From Candidatus Doudnabacteria bacterium RIFCSPHIGHO2_02_FULL_42_25 (GTDB lineage: Bacteria > Patescibacteriota > Doudnabacteria > UBA920 > O2-02-FULL-48-8): 64,000 bases of DNA. The stretch is from contig MFEQ01000003.1 of the NCBI GenBank assembly GCA_001777665.1, forward strand, positions 11,258 through 75,257, read 5' to 3'. Shown one piece after another: positions 47,798-57,149 of this stretch (position 1 is its first letter; each line of letters begins with the position of its first letter). Below the pieces are notes generated by a model. It did no database searches. It saw nothing but the letters and a program-made list of their open reading frames with translations, and was not told the origin of the DNA. The translations under genes were made by a program, and so were the position numbers.

Positions 47798-49318
47798 TTA
47801 TTCGACTTTCGGCCGGTATTGAACTGCTTCGGCAAGGTGAGTGACTGTAATCGATTGAGCATCTTCTAAGTCAGCAATGGTTCGAGCGAGTTTCAAAACA
47901 CGATGGTATGACCGAGCAGAAAGATACATTTTTACTACAACAGCCTTCATGAATGCTTGTTCGGCTTCTCCTAGCTGGCAAAACTCTTTAATCTCTTTTA
48001 TCGTCATCTCCGAATTAGTTTTAAGACCTGGAAGATTTGAAAACCTCTTTGTTTGAATGTCCCGTGCTCGCTGAACACGTGATTGAACTTCCTCGGATGA
48101 TTCTCCACCAGCATCTGACGCTAATTTGTCATATTCAATCCGTCCTACTTCCACATGGAGATCAATTCGATCCATCATCGGACCCGAAATTTTCTTATGA
48201 TACTTCGCGATTTGTGATGGTGAACAAATACAAGGCTTAGTCGGATCAGAAAAATATCCGCAAGGACAAGGATTCTGTGCTGCGACCAAAGTAAACTGTG
48301 CAGGAAATTCTACGGTGGCAGCAGCCCTAGCCACAGTCACGACCCCGTCTTCCAAAGGCTGACGTAAATTTTCCAAAACTGATCGATTAAATTCTGGAAA
48401 CTCATCCATAAACAACACACCCCGGTGAGCCAGCGATATCTCTCCAGGTTTCGGATTAGAACCTCCTCCAACCAAAGCCACTGAAGAAGAGCTGTGATGA
48501 GGACTCCGAAAAGGTCTCATCGTGATCATAGTTTTGTTTAAATTGAGCAACCCAGCTACACTATAGATTTTTGTAATTTCTAAAACCTCATCGACTGTCG
48601 GTTTGGGTAGAATCGAGGGCAGCGCCTTGGCCAACAATGTCTTACCAGTCCCCGGAGGACCAGAAAGCAGAACATTGTGTCCACCCGAAGCGGCAATCTC
48701 CAAAGCGCGTTTAGCAGATTCCTGGCCTTTGATCAATTTCAGGTCAAAAATCTCTTTCGGGGTACTTAGAATCTCTTCCCAATCAATTGCTTGGATGGGT
48801 TTTATCTTTATCAAATTCTGTAAGTACCCGATTACTTCGTATAAATTTTTTATAGGAATGATCGTGATTCCAGAAACCAGGCTCGCCTCTCTGCTATTTT
48901 CTTTTGGTACAAAAACTTTTTTAAATCCTTGCTCTTTCGCTGACAGCAACATTGAAAGCACTCCTGAAACTGCTCTGACACTACCGTCCAGAGCCAACTC
49001 ACCAAGAAATATTTTATCTTTTGGTTCAAAAAATATTTGACCAGAATTCAGTAAAATTGAAAGTGCAATGGGTAAATCATAATGCGTCCCATTTTTGGGT
49101 AGATCGGCTGGTGCTAGGTTAATGGCAACATGAGACCTGGGGAAAATTGCATTGGAATTTTTAATCGCAGACTTTACGCGTTCTTTCGCTTCTTGGACTG
49201 CGGTATCTGGTAACCCGACAATTATCGTTTTCGGTAACCCTCCCGAAATATCAACCTCAACCTCTATCGGAGCTGCGTCTAATCCTACTAAAGCAGTAGC
49301 ATAAACTTTCGCTGGCAT
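47798..49318 (-). CDS. comM: ComM/YifB Mg-chelatase-like AAA+ helicase
   Basis: VGLPDTAVQEAKERV, GPPGTGKT, PFRSPHH, NPCPCG. Confidence 0.93.
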   Translation of the reverse strand: MPAKVYATALVGLDAAPIEVEVDISGGLPKTIIVGLPDTAVQEAKERVKSAIKNSNAIFPRSHVAINLAPADLPKNGTHYDLPIALSILLNSGQIFFEPKDKIFLGELALDGSVRAVSGVLSMLLSAKEQGFKKVFVPKENSREASLVSGITIIPIKNLYEVIGYLQNLIKIKPIQAIDWEEILSTPKEIFDLKLIKGQESAKRALEIAASGGHNVLLSGPPGTGKTLLAKALPSILPKPTVDEVLEITKIYSVAGLLNLNKTMITMRPFRSPHHSSSSVALVGGGSNPKPGEISLAHRGVLFMDEFPEFNRSVLENLRQPLEDGVVTVARAAATVEFPAQFTLVAAQNPCPCGYFSDPTKPCICSPSQIAKYHKKISGPMMDRIDLHVEVGRIEYDKLASDAGGESSEEVQSRVQRARDIQTKRFSNLPGLKTNSEMTIKEIKEFCQLGEAEQAFMKAVVVKMYLSARSYHRVLKLARTIADLEDAQSITVTHLAEAVQYRPKVE

Positions 49319-49367
49319 AAATTTATCTTATATAAAAGCCCCGCACTCCGACGAACAGGGCTTTCGC

Positions 49368-49598
49368 TTAGTTATTCTGTTTACTCATGAACCCCATAAC
49401 ATCTTCTAACGCTTTCGTAAACTCACCTACTTCGCTTTCGAAAACATTGAGATAGCTTTTCTTTCTCTCTTCCCCATTTAATTCTGATTGGGTAATTTTC
49501 AGAAATGGTTTGGCATTTTTAGCCGATTTCACATCGAAAAAATATGTTCGACGGCCGGCTGAAACTTTGGTAGAGAAAAGTGCTGGTGCAAATTCCAT
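49368..49598 (-). CDS. PUR-repeat/DUF3276 nucleic-acid-binding protein
   Basis: LFSTKVSAGRRTYFFDVK..FLKITQS. Confidence 0.85.
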   Translation of the reverse strand: MEFAPALFSTKVSAGRRTYFFDVKSAKNAKPFLKITQSELNGEERKKSYLNVFESEVGEFTKALEDVMGFMSKQNN

Positions 49599-49603
49599 AT
49601 GTT

Positions 49604-49792
49604 TTATACTCTAATTACTGTTAACAATCCGTTGAATCTATCATTAACGATCAGTGGGACTCCAGACAGTCTAGCCACTTCTGTAACTATTGGTTGCAGT
49701 CGGCAGTTGTGGCTTACCTCATTAGTGCAGTGCGCACACAAACCCTTTAACTGACTAATGATGGTATATTTTTGTTGTTCAAATTCGCTCAT
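49604..49792 (-). CDS. Small Cys/His-containing hypothetical protein
   Basis: CAHC..HNC; packed tightly between lexA and the DUF3276 gene. Confidence 0.65.
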   Translation of the reverse strand: MSEFEQQKYTIISQLKGLCAHCTNEVSHNCRLQPIVTEVARLSGVPLIVNDRFNGLLTVIRV

Positions 49793-49793
49793 A

Positions 49794-50408
49794 TTACTCT
49801 AGCCTTCTAATGACTCCGATTACTTTCCCCTGAATCGACCATTCATGTTCAGGGTATATATTAGGATATTCCTTATTTTCTGCTTTTAGATAAAACTTTC
49901 CTTCTTTCTTTACCAGTCGTTTAACTGTAGCTTCGTCTTCGAGAAGTGCGACGACGATGTCATTGATGTCTGCAATTTTTTGTTGTTTGACCAAAACCAA
50001 ATCTCCATTCAAAATTCCAGCATCCTTCATACTCATTCCCTGAACTTTGAGTAAGAACACATCTTTTCGTCCTCGGACTAAACTTACTGGGAGATTTAAC
50101 CAATCCTCTATCTGTTCTTCGGCTAGCATCGGCAGTCCAGCTGTGATGCGTCCCAACACCGGAAGACTAACCATCCCAAGTCCGATGGGGTCCCCTTCTG
50201 GATTGAGAACTTCTATTCCTCGAGCTTTACTCGATCTGCGGATATAACCCTTATCTTCCAAAACCCGAAGTAATTTTGCCACTGCATTTTTTGATTTGAG
50301 TTTGAGGCTCCTGGCCATTTCTGAAAAAGAGGGAGGTAAGCCTTTGTCTTGAATTTCATGCTGAAGTAGTTCTAATAATTGTTTTTGCTTAGGAGTAAGT
50401 TCATTCAT
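49794..50408 (-). CDS. lexA: SOS repressor LexA
   Basis: LTPKQ..PPSFSEM wHTH, TAGLP cleavage site, SM and TVKR catalytic residues. Confidence 0.95.
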   Translation of the reverse strand: MNELTPKQKQLLELLQHEIQDKGLPPSFSEMARSLKLKSKNAVAKLLRVLEDKGYIRRSSKARGIEVLNPEGDPIGLGMVSLPVLGRITAGLPMLAEEQIEDWLNLPVSLVRGRKDVFLLKVQGMSMKDAGILNGDLVLVKQQKIADINDIVVALLEDEATVKRLVKKEGKFYLKAENKEYPNIYPEHEWSIQGKVIGVIRRLE

Positions 50409-50595
50409 AGTATTCCGGAGGATTTCGAAGGAATCAGTAGACTCGGGGCGGCTTCCTCACCCACCAACTCCTTCGTTTTTGTCATCCGTATAAGTAATGG
50501 TATACGATCGTTCACCTATTGTCAAGATAGGGAATTCTTTAGAAAAATTCAAAGGATTGATTAGTTATTCACAGTCGAGCTATAATATTGGAGTT

Positions 50596-51471
50596 ATGAT
50601 AAACGCTAAAAAAGTACGTAAGGCGGTTATTCCTGCCGCTGGGTTTGGAACTAGATTTCTTCCAGCCACTAAGGCCCAACCCAAAGAAATGTTACCGATT
50701 GTTGATAAACCGGTTATTCAATATGTAGTAGAGCAAGCGGTAGCAGCTGGAATTGAACAAATTGTGATCGTCACAGGTTGGCATAAACGAGCAATCGAGG
50801 ATCACTTCGATCGTCATTTTGAATTGGAAGCGAGATTAGAAAAAGACGGGAAAATTGAACAATTGCAATCAATAAAAAAGATTTCCGATTTAGCTGATTT
50901 TGTTTATGTTAGGCAAAAAGAAGCGTTGGGGAATGGCCATGCAGTACTCATGGCAAAAGATATAATTGGTAACGAACCTTTCGTTGTCATGTGGGGTGAT
51001 GAATTTTTTGAGGCAGATCCACCATCTTTGAAGCAATTAATTTCAGTTTATGAACAAACTGGTTCGCCAGTCATAGCTGGAATAAAAGTTGATAAAGCTG
51101 ACGTATCACGTTATGGAATCGGAAAAGTTACGAATATAAAAGACAATTTATTCAAGCTGCATGAAATAGTCGAAAAACCGACCCCGGAAGAAGCCCCTTC
51201 TAACTTGGCAGTTCATGGCAATTATCTATTTACTCCGGATATTTTTGATATGCTCAAAGATTTAAAACCATCTAAGAGTGGAGAGATTTGGCAAGTTGAT
51301 GCAATTAATAAACTTGCAGCACAAAAAGATGTTCATGTTCTGGAGTTAAAAAATTCCCACTACTATGATTGCGGGAATAAATTAGGATACCTCAAAGCTG
51401 TCGTAGAGTTTGGACTCAAACACGATGATCTTCGGGATGAATTTGCCGAATACCTCAGAAATATTGTATAA
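50596..51471 (+). CDS. galU: UTP--glucose-1-phosphate uridylyltransferase
   Basis: KAVIPAAGFGTRFLPATKAQPKEMLP. Confidence 0.95.
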   Translation: MINAKKVRKAVIPAAGFGTRFLPATKAQPKEMLPIVDKPVIQYVVEQAVAAGIEQIVIVTGWHKRAIEDHFDRHFELEARLEKDGKIEQLQSIKKISDLADFVYVRQKEALGNGHAVLMAKDIIGNEPFVVMWGDEFFEADPPSLKQLISVYEQTGSPVIAGIKVDKADVSRYGIGKVTNIKDNLFKLHEIVEKPTPEEAPSNLAVHGNYLFTPDIFDMLKDLKPSKSGEIWQVDAINKLAAQKDVHVLELKNSHYYDCGNKLGYLKAVVEFGLKHDDLRDEFAEYLRNIV

Positions 51472-51515
51472 TACAGGTAGTAAAAATTGATTTTTTCTGA
51501 CACAAACATTAAAAC

Positions 51516-52814
51516 ATGGATCGCAAATATATCCTCATAGGCGGAATTGGAGTCCTGCTATTAATTCTAATAATAGTTGCAGTTTTTGCGTTCTCAGGCG
51601 ATTCAAAAAATAATCAACCAACGAACGAAAATATCGAACTGATTTGGTGGAAACCATTTGAGGATTCCCAGAATGTTCAGGAATTAATTAACAATTACCA
51701 GCAATTACATGGAAACGTTCAAATAAAGTATGTCAAGAAAGATTCAGCGGAATATGAGAATGAGCTCCTAAAAGCAATTGCCACCGGGAATGCTCCAGAC
51801 ATTTTTTCGATACACAACGATTGGTTGCCAGCTTATGAAAGTATAATTGCACCAGCACCAGAATCCCTGATTAGTCCTAAGGCATACAAAGATAATTTTG
51901 CTGATGTAGCCTATAATGATTTTGTGAAGGGCAATCGAATTTACGGCGTACCATTATCGATTGATGCCTTGGCTCTGTTTTATAACAAAGACATTTTGGG
52001 TTCGGCAGGATTACTTCCTCCGACAACGTGGCCAGAATTGGTAAATATGGTGCCAAAGCTGACCCAAGTTTCGAAAACTGGAGTTTTTGCGCAATCGGGT
52101 GTAGCGCTGGGAACTTCGGAGAATGTTAACCGCGGTGTGGATATTTTGACTTTGATGATGCTCCAAAACGGCACGAAATTTTATTCCGATGATTTCACAT
52201 CTGCAGAATTTGATCAATCACAGGAAGATTTTAATCCAGGCGTCTATGCTCTAACTCTCTACACACAGTTTGCCAATCCATCGAAGCAATCGTATAGTTG
52301 GAATGTCCGAAATGATCAAAGTGTTGACGCCTTTACCCAAGGCAAACTGGCGATGATGCTGGCGTATCAATATTTGCAGCCATTGATCAAAGCTAAAGCT
52401 CCAAATTTGGGCTGGGATACTGCCCCTGTTCCTCAAATCAGTCCGGAGGTTTTGAAAGTTAACTTTGCGAATTATTGGGGAGAAGCTGTCACCAGCGCTT
52501 CCAAAAATCAAGCCGCGGCTTGGGATTTTCTGAATTTTATCACTTCCAAGGAGGAATTGGAAAAGTATTACGCTAAACATAAAGTACCAGCATCAAGAAA
52601 AGATATATTGCCGCAGCAACAAGGGGATGCTGATATAGGAGTATTTGCCGAAGCCATCTTCACAGCCAAAAGTGTTTACAAAAAGGACGCCCGTATTTAC
52701 GAAGGTGTATTTAAAACAATGATTGATAGTGTGGTACTGAATGGGGTCCCGATCGATGATGCTCTACGAAATGCCGCGGAACAAATCAATCTTAATTTAA
52801 GAAAAAATGAATAG
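51516..52814 (+). CDS. Membrane-anchored extracellular solute-binding protein (sugar ABC type)
   Basis: APDIF, YGVPLSIDALALFYNKD, AAWDFLNF. Confidence 0.88.
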   Translation: MDRKYILIGGIGVLLLILIIVAVFAFSGDSKNNQPTNENIELIWWKPFEDSQNVQELINNYQQLHGNVQIKYVKKDSAEYENELLKAIATGNAPDIFSIHNDWLPAYESIIAPAPESLISPKAYKDNFADVAYNDFVKGNRIYGVPLSIDALALFYNKDILGSAGLLPPTTWPELVNMVPKLTQVSKTGVFAQSGVALGTSENVNRGVDILTLMMLQNGTKFYSDDFTSAEFDQSQEDFNPGVYALTLYTQFANPSKQSYSWNVRNDQSVDAFTQGKLAMMLAYQYLQPLIKAKAPNLGWDTAPVPQISPEVLKVNFANYWGEAVTSASKNQAAAWDFLNFITSKEELEKYYAKHKVPASRKDILPQQQGDADIGVFAEAIFTAKSVYKKDARIYEGVFKTMIDSVVLNGVPIDDALRNAAEQINLNLRKNE

Positions 52815-53238
52815 AACTAAATTAAATATTATTTTTGGTATGGTTATTCTGGGGTTAGCCATTGCACCCATAGCTTCAGCCGCATTGGTCACATGTGGTG
52901 GTAATAATCCAGAGGTATCTTCAAAAGCATGCGAATTGGGAGATTTAATTCAGACTTTACGATTAATAGTAAATACTTTGTTGTCGTGGGCTTGGTTAGT
53001 TTGTATCTTGTTTATTGTCTATGCGGGTATTCGAATGGTGACTTCGCGTGGTAATGATGAAGAGGTGAGTAATGCCAAAACAATTCTAACTAATGCCATC
53101 CTGGGATTTCTTGTCATTTTGCTGTCATTTGTTTTGGTAAATTTCTTAGTCGGATTACTTACGGGTTCGGGTGGATTTAATCCTGGAGCAATTTTTGATG
53201 CTTTTCAACTAGTTCCATCAAGTAGCTCAAAACCATGA
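52807..53238 (+). CDS. TrbC/VirB2-like pilin
   Basis: Signal segment, Cys pair, YAGIRMVTSRGNDEE..NAILG. Confidence 0.8.
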   Translation: MNRTKLNIIFGMVILGLAIAPIASAALVTCGGNNPEVSSKACELGDLIQTLRLIVNTLLSWAWLVCILFIVYAGIRMVTSRGNDEEVSNAKTILTNAILGFLVILLSFVLVNFLVGLLTGSGGFNPGAIFDAFQLVPSSSSKP

Positions 53239-53822
53239 TTAACTATTTAATTTTAGCTCAAACTGCCAACACAATTTGCAACAACACAGTCGATAAACTT
53301 TGCAATCCCGTTAAAGTTGCAACTTTGCCACTGTTTATTTCCAAGATTTTGATTGCCGCCGGTGCCGTTGTCGGTGTACTCACGATAATAATGGTGGTGT
53401 ATAGCGGTACGAGAATGATTCTTTCTCAAGGAAATGAAGAGGACGTTACAAAAGCAAAAAGTTCTTTGCAATGGAGTATTTCAGGTTTTGTTCTAACACT
53501 GTTTGCTTACATTATTGTTTATGCAGTAAGTGGATTTTTCCAAACCAGACCTTTTGGAGCCAATCCAGGGCAAATAGAAAATCCACTTCAGAGTCCAGAC
53601 ATATTCTCTCTGATTCAAACCGTGCTAACTAGTTTTCTGGGAGTCGTCGGATTATTGGCGATACTGTTTATAATCATTAATGGGTTTCGATACATCACCT
53701 CCAGAGGGAATGAGGAGCAATCAGGTCAAGCTAAACAAGGTTTAACCTGGTCAGTATTAGGATTAATTGTTAGTCTTTTGGCTTACGTGATTGTGGCGGC
53801 AACCGCTAACTTTTTTAAATAA
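53235..53822 (+). CDS. TrbC/VirB2-like pilin with two tandem domains
   Basis: SGTRMILSQGNEE and NGFRYITSRGNEE. Confidence 0.8.
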   Translation: MINYLILAQTANTICNNTVDKLCNPVKVATLPLFISKILIAAGAVVGVLTIIMVVYSGTRMILSQGNEEDVTKAKSSLQWSISGFVLTLFAYIIVYAVSGFFQTRPFGANPGQIENPLQSPDIFSLIQTVLTSFLGVVGLLAILFIIINGFRYITSRGNEEQSGQAKQGLTWSVLGLIVSLLAYVIVAATANFFK

Positions 53823-53828
53823 AATTAT

Positions 53829-54212
53829 ATGAAACAATTATTTATAAGTTTAGTTTTGGTGACTATTCTGATGGTTCCTTTATTTAGTGTAAATGCACAG
53901 GTATGCGATACGACTAAGCCAGTTACTAGTGCCGTTTGCAACCCAGCTCCTGGTTGGTTTATTTCATACCAGGATAACAGCGTAAGAGGTGTGATAACTA
54001 TGATTATCCAGTTTCTGTTACTGATTGTCGGACTTGTAGCTATCGCCTTTATTATTTATGGCGGTTTCCAGTTTATTACTTCGAGAGGGGACGAAGAGCA
54101 GGCCACCGCTGGTAAAAGAACCTTGACTAATGCTATAATAGGTCTAGTAATAGTTATCCTGTCCTATATAATAGTAGCCGTAATAGTAAATGCCCTGAAA
54201 GGGAGTGCTTAA
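53829..54212 (+). CDS. TrbC/VirB2-like pilin
   Basis: GGFQFITSRGDEE..NAIIG. Confidence 0.82.
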   Translation: MKQLFISLVLVTILMVPLFSVNAQVCDTTKPVTSAVCNPAPGWFISYQDNSVRGVITMIIQFLLLIVGLVAIAFIIYGGFQFITSRGDEEQATAGKRTLTNAIIGLVIVILSYIIVAVIVNALKGSA

Positions 54213-54258
54213 TTAACAAAACTATTAAAAGGTCGAAGAATATTAAGAAAGGACTTAT

Positions 54259-54630
54259 ATGAAAAAAATATCAACATCTAAAATTGCTTCAATTGTGATG
54301 GTTGCCTTCGTTTTGACTATGGCTATCGCCCCGGTCGGATCAGCTGCGTGGGTAAATCCACAATGTACTGGTACTGGACTGCCATGTCAAACATCTATTA
54401 CGGATTTCATCATGAACATCATCAACATTGCTTTAACTGTTGCTGGTTTGATCGCAGTGTTGTTCCTGATCATTGGTGGTTTCCGCTACATCACATCTGC
54501 GGGCAATGAAGAAACAGCGGAGAACGCGAAGAAGATTATCATCAATGCCATTATCGGTATTGTGATAATCATTCTCTCATTCGTGATTGTCAGAGTGATC
54601 TCTGAAGCTTTGGTAAGAGGTAATACTTAA
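54259..54630 (+). CDS. TrbC/VirB2-like pilin
   Basis: GGFRYITSAGNEE..NAIIG. Confidence 0.82.
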   Translation: MKKISTSKIASIVMVAFVLTMAIAPVGSAAWVNPQCTGTGLPCQTSITDFIMNIINIALTVAGLIAVLFLIIGGFRYITSAGNEETAENAKKIIINAIIGIVIIILSFVIVRVISEALVRGNT

Positions 54631-54641
54631 ACCAACATTTC

Positions 54642-54986
54642 ATGAGTAGAATTAAATACATCTCGTTAATATTATTGTCTTTACCATCTGTTGCATTTGC
54701 GCAGATTATTCCGGATCGAATTCCAGGACTGCCTGGAGATCAGTATAGTACAGTTTCCAATGCATTAACTGAAATCATCCAAACAGTTTTAGTTGTGGTC
54801 GGCCTGATAGCTGTCGCATTTTTGATATACGGTGGGTTCCGTTATATCACATCTGCTGGAAACGAAGAGACTGCGGAATCAGCAAAAAAGACAATCCAAA
54901 ACGCTATTATAGGGCTAGTAGTTATTATTTTGTCTTATATAATAGTAGTGGTTATATCGAACGCTCTACTTACAAGCGATATATAA
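54642..54986 (+). CDS. TrbC/VirB2-like pilin
   Basis: GGFRYITSAGNEE..NAIIG. Confidence 0.82.
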   Translation: MSRIKYISLILLSLPSVAFAQIIPDRIPGLPGDQYSTVSNALTEIIQTVLVVVGLIAVAFLIYGGFRYITSAGNEETAESAKKTIQNAIIGLVVIILSYIIVVVISNALLTSDI

Positions 54987-55046
54987 TTCCGAAATAAAAA
55001 AAGAGAGCCGGGACCCCTGTGGAGCCCCGGCTTTTTTGCGTTGACT

Positions 55047-56045
55047 TCAACGCGAGGATGCTTCGCAGTCTTTCTTTACAGTTGACTGGTCGAACACTCG
55101 CTGTTCCTTGAAGTGGTCGTCAGTTATGACGATGGTCATGTGGCGACCACCGACGACCTCGTTCTCAGCCTGTGAGTACGCCCTCACTGGCCAAGTGTAG
55201 TAATGCCCATCGCTGATCCGAACGGCAGTCAGGTCTGCGTATTCGCCAGCGATTAGCGGTACTTTTTGATCGACGATACCGTCGATCTGGTTCGCCGCAC
55301 CGATGTAGCAACCCCGCAGGTAGATCTCGACACCTTTGGTCCTGCCCTGAGTCTTCAAGCCGCCGATCGTACCACGGTTCCTGACAGTTCTGGAGACCTC
55401 GGCGTAGAACGGGTCGACGTAGCCCACGGTTCCTGGCTGCATATAACCCACAGCTCCGTAGCCAACCGCAGCGGGGTAACCGATGCTGCCGTAGGCAAAT
55501 CGATTCTGTTTGGCCAGGAAACTCTCGCATCCGTAATCGCCGTAAAAGCAGGGATTATAACCCGGCAAACTCCGGCGACGTCGGTACATCTCGTCTGGAT
55601 CCATCTGCGGAGGCTGGATGGCAGCAGATCTTGCTTGAACTGCTGGACCTGACACGACAGGATTCGCGTTCTGAGTCGCTGTGACTTCTGGGACTGTTGC
55701 TTCCTGTAGGCTCCCCGGTTTGACTTTGCGAATGTAGGTAAGAGGTGGCTTCACCTCCACGTAGCACCCGATTCGACCCGCGACTTGCTTCAGCACCTCG
55801 TATACCGGGAAGTCATCGTAAGGCACGAGCGGCGGAACGATGCGCGATGCTTCACAGCCTGCGGTGTGAGCGACAATACCGATACGGCTGTTTGCGCCGT
55901 CACCCGAAAGCTCGGTCACGATCTCCCCGAACGTTTTCGATTTCGTGAGGTCGATGGTGACGCGCTCCTGCTGTGCCGCTGGAATCTGCGCGTAAACCGG
56001 CATTGCGAACGCCAGTGCGCTGAGAACGAAAAAGAAACACTTCAT
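55047..56045 (-). CDS. GC-rich secreted hypothetical protein (possible STN-like and PEGA-like segments)
   Basis: GGAGGGG SD before MKCFF; signal peptide; own TTGACA/TATACT promoter. Confidence 0.7.
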   Translation of the reverse strand: MKCFFFVLSALAFAMPVYAQIPAAQQERVTIDLTKSKTFGEIVTELSGDGANSRIGIVAHTAGCEASRIVPPLVPYDDFPVYEVLKQVAGRIGCYVEVKPPLTYIRKVKPGSLQEATVPEVTATQNANPVVSGPAVQARSAAIQPPQMDPDEMYRRRRSLPGYNPCFYGDYGCESFLAKQNRFAYGSIGYPAAVGYGAVGYMQPGTVGYVDPFYAEVSRTVRNRGTIGGLKTQGRTKGVEIYLRGCYIGAANQIDGIVDQKVPLIAGEYADLTAVRISDGHYYTWPVRAYSQAENEVVGGRHMTIVITDDHFKEQRVFDQSTVKKDCEASSR

Positions 56046-56266
56046 TGTTTGCCCCTCCATTGAGGCTGTTAACGCATACTTCGTTGAGAGCTGGGCGGGA
56101 AATTTAATAAAACAGTATAGCAAAAATAAGCAATTTTGTCAATAATAGCACGAAAATATTAGTTTGTAAGTAAAAAAAGACCGGCCTCTCTAAAGCGAGA
56201 AGCCGGGGCGACGCTACTAATGAGCGTCGAAAATACTCTTATTTGTTCATCCTCCTTGGATGCTAC

Positions 56267-57139
56267 CTAGTTGATTTTGACTAGCAGTTCGCCCGGGTGG
56301 GCTTTGCAGACGTCGGTAGAAAACGTCTGTCCTAACTGCGGGTTGTCAGGTGTGATCACGAACTTGCGCTTGCCGGAACCGATGAAGTAACCGCTTCCTT
56401 CGGCGCCGTCTAGCACGACTAACCCGTTGAACCACCCCTGAAAGTGTCCGCCCTCGTAGTACTTCGGTCCGACGCAAAGTACAGCGTCAGAGAACAGAGG
56501 GAAACCGGCTTCGCAGGAGTCGCCGTCCTCGTCGCAGAACCGGCCGATCGCTTGATTGAGTTTGCCGGTTTCTGGAGTCGGATTATCGAGTCCGCGTTCG
56601 TGCATCAGGACTGTTCGGTCCCGAGCATTGGGATTACGTATCCACGTAATTCCATCCGGACCAGATTCGTGGGTCGGGTAGTACTTCGGTCGAACCTTCC
56701 CAAAAACCTGGATCCTTGTCGGTACTCGGATCTCCCGAAGGTAAGCCCAGTCTGTATCGTCGGCTTCGACCTCGGTAGACAGATACGACTCGTCACGGTC
56801 GGCGGCGTGAGCGTCCCATGCTTTTTCGACACGGACTAGATCCCGTGATCGATTGGCAGATGGCCACAAAATCGCCAGTAGTTCGTTCGAGTTAGTGACC
56901 TTCCGCTGTCTTTCGGCACGTCTCACGATCTTTTCGCTCTCGTCGTTGAGCTGAAGAGCGTTGACATGGTGTTCGCGGCTGAGCTTGGTCTGCATCTCCT
57001 TCTGCGCTTCCCAGTACCGCGGGCGGTTACGTTGCTCGTAGTACTGATAAAGCGCGAAGCCGATGGCAATCACTGCGAGGACCTTCATGATCGCGCGCAA
57101 GTTGACAGAACTGGTTTTCTTTTTGTCTTCTCTCGCCAT
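56267..57139 (-). CDS. GC-rich membrane-anchored hypothetical protein
   Basis: N-terminal TM, several Cys; last gene of a 4-gene run. Confidence 0.75.
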   Translation of the reverse strand: MAREDKKKTSSVNLRAIMKVLAVIAIGFALYQYYEQRNRPRYWEAQKEMQTKLSREHHVNALQLNDESEKIVRRAERQRKVTNSNELLAILWPSANRSRDLVRVEKAWDAHAADRDESYLSTEVEADDTDWAYLREIRVPTRIQVFGKVRPKYYPTHESGPDGITWIRNPNARDRTVLMHERGLDNPTPETGKLNQAIGRFCDEDGDSCEAGFPLFSDAVLCVGPKYYEGGHFQGWFNGLVVLDGAEGSGYFIGSGKRKFVITPDNPQLGQTFSTDVCKAHPGELLVKIN

Positions 57140-57149
57140 GTCAGTCTCC

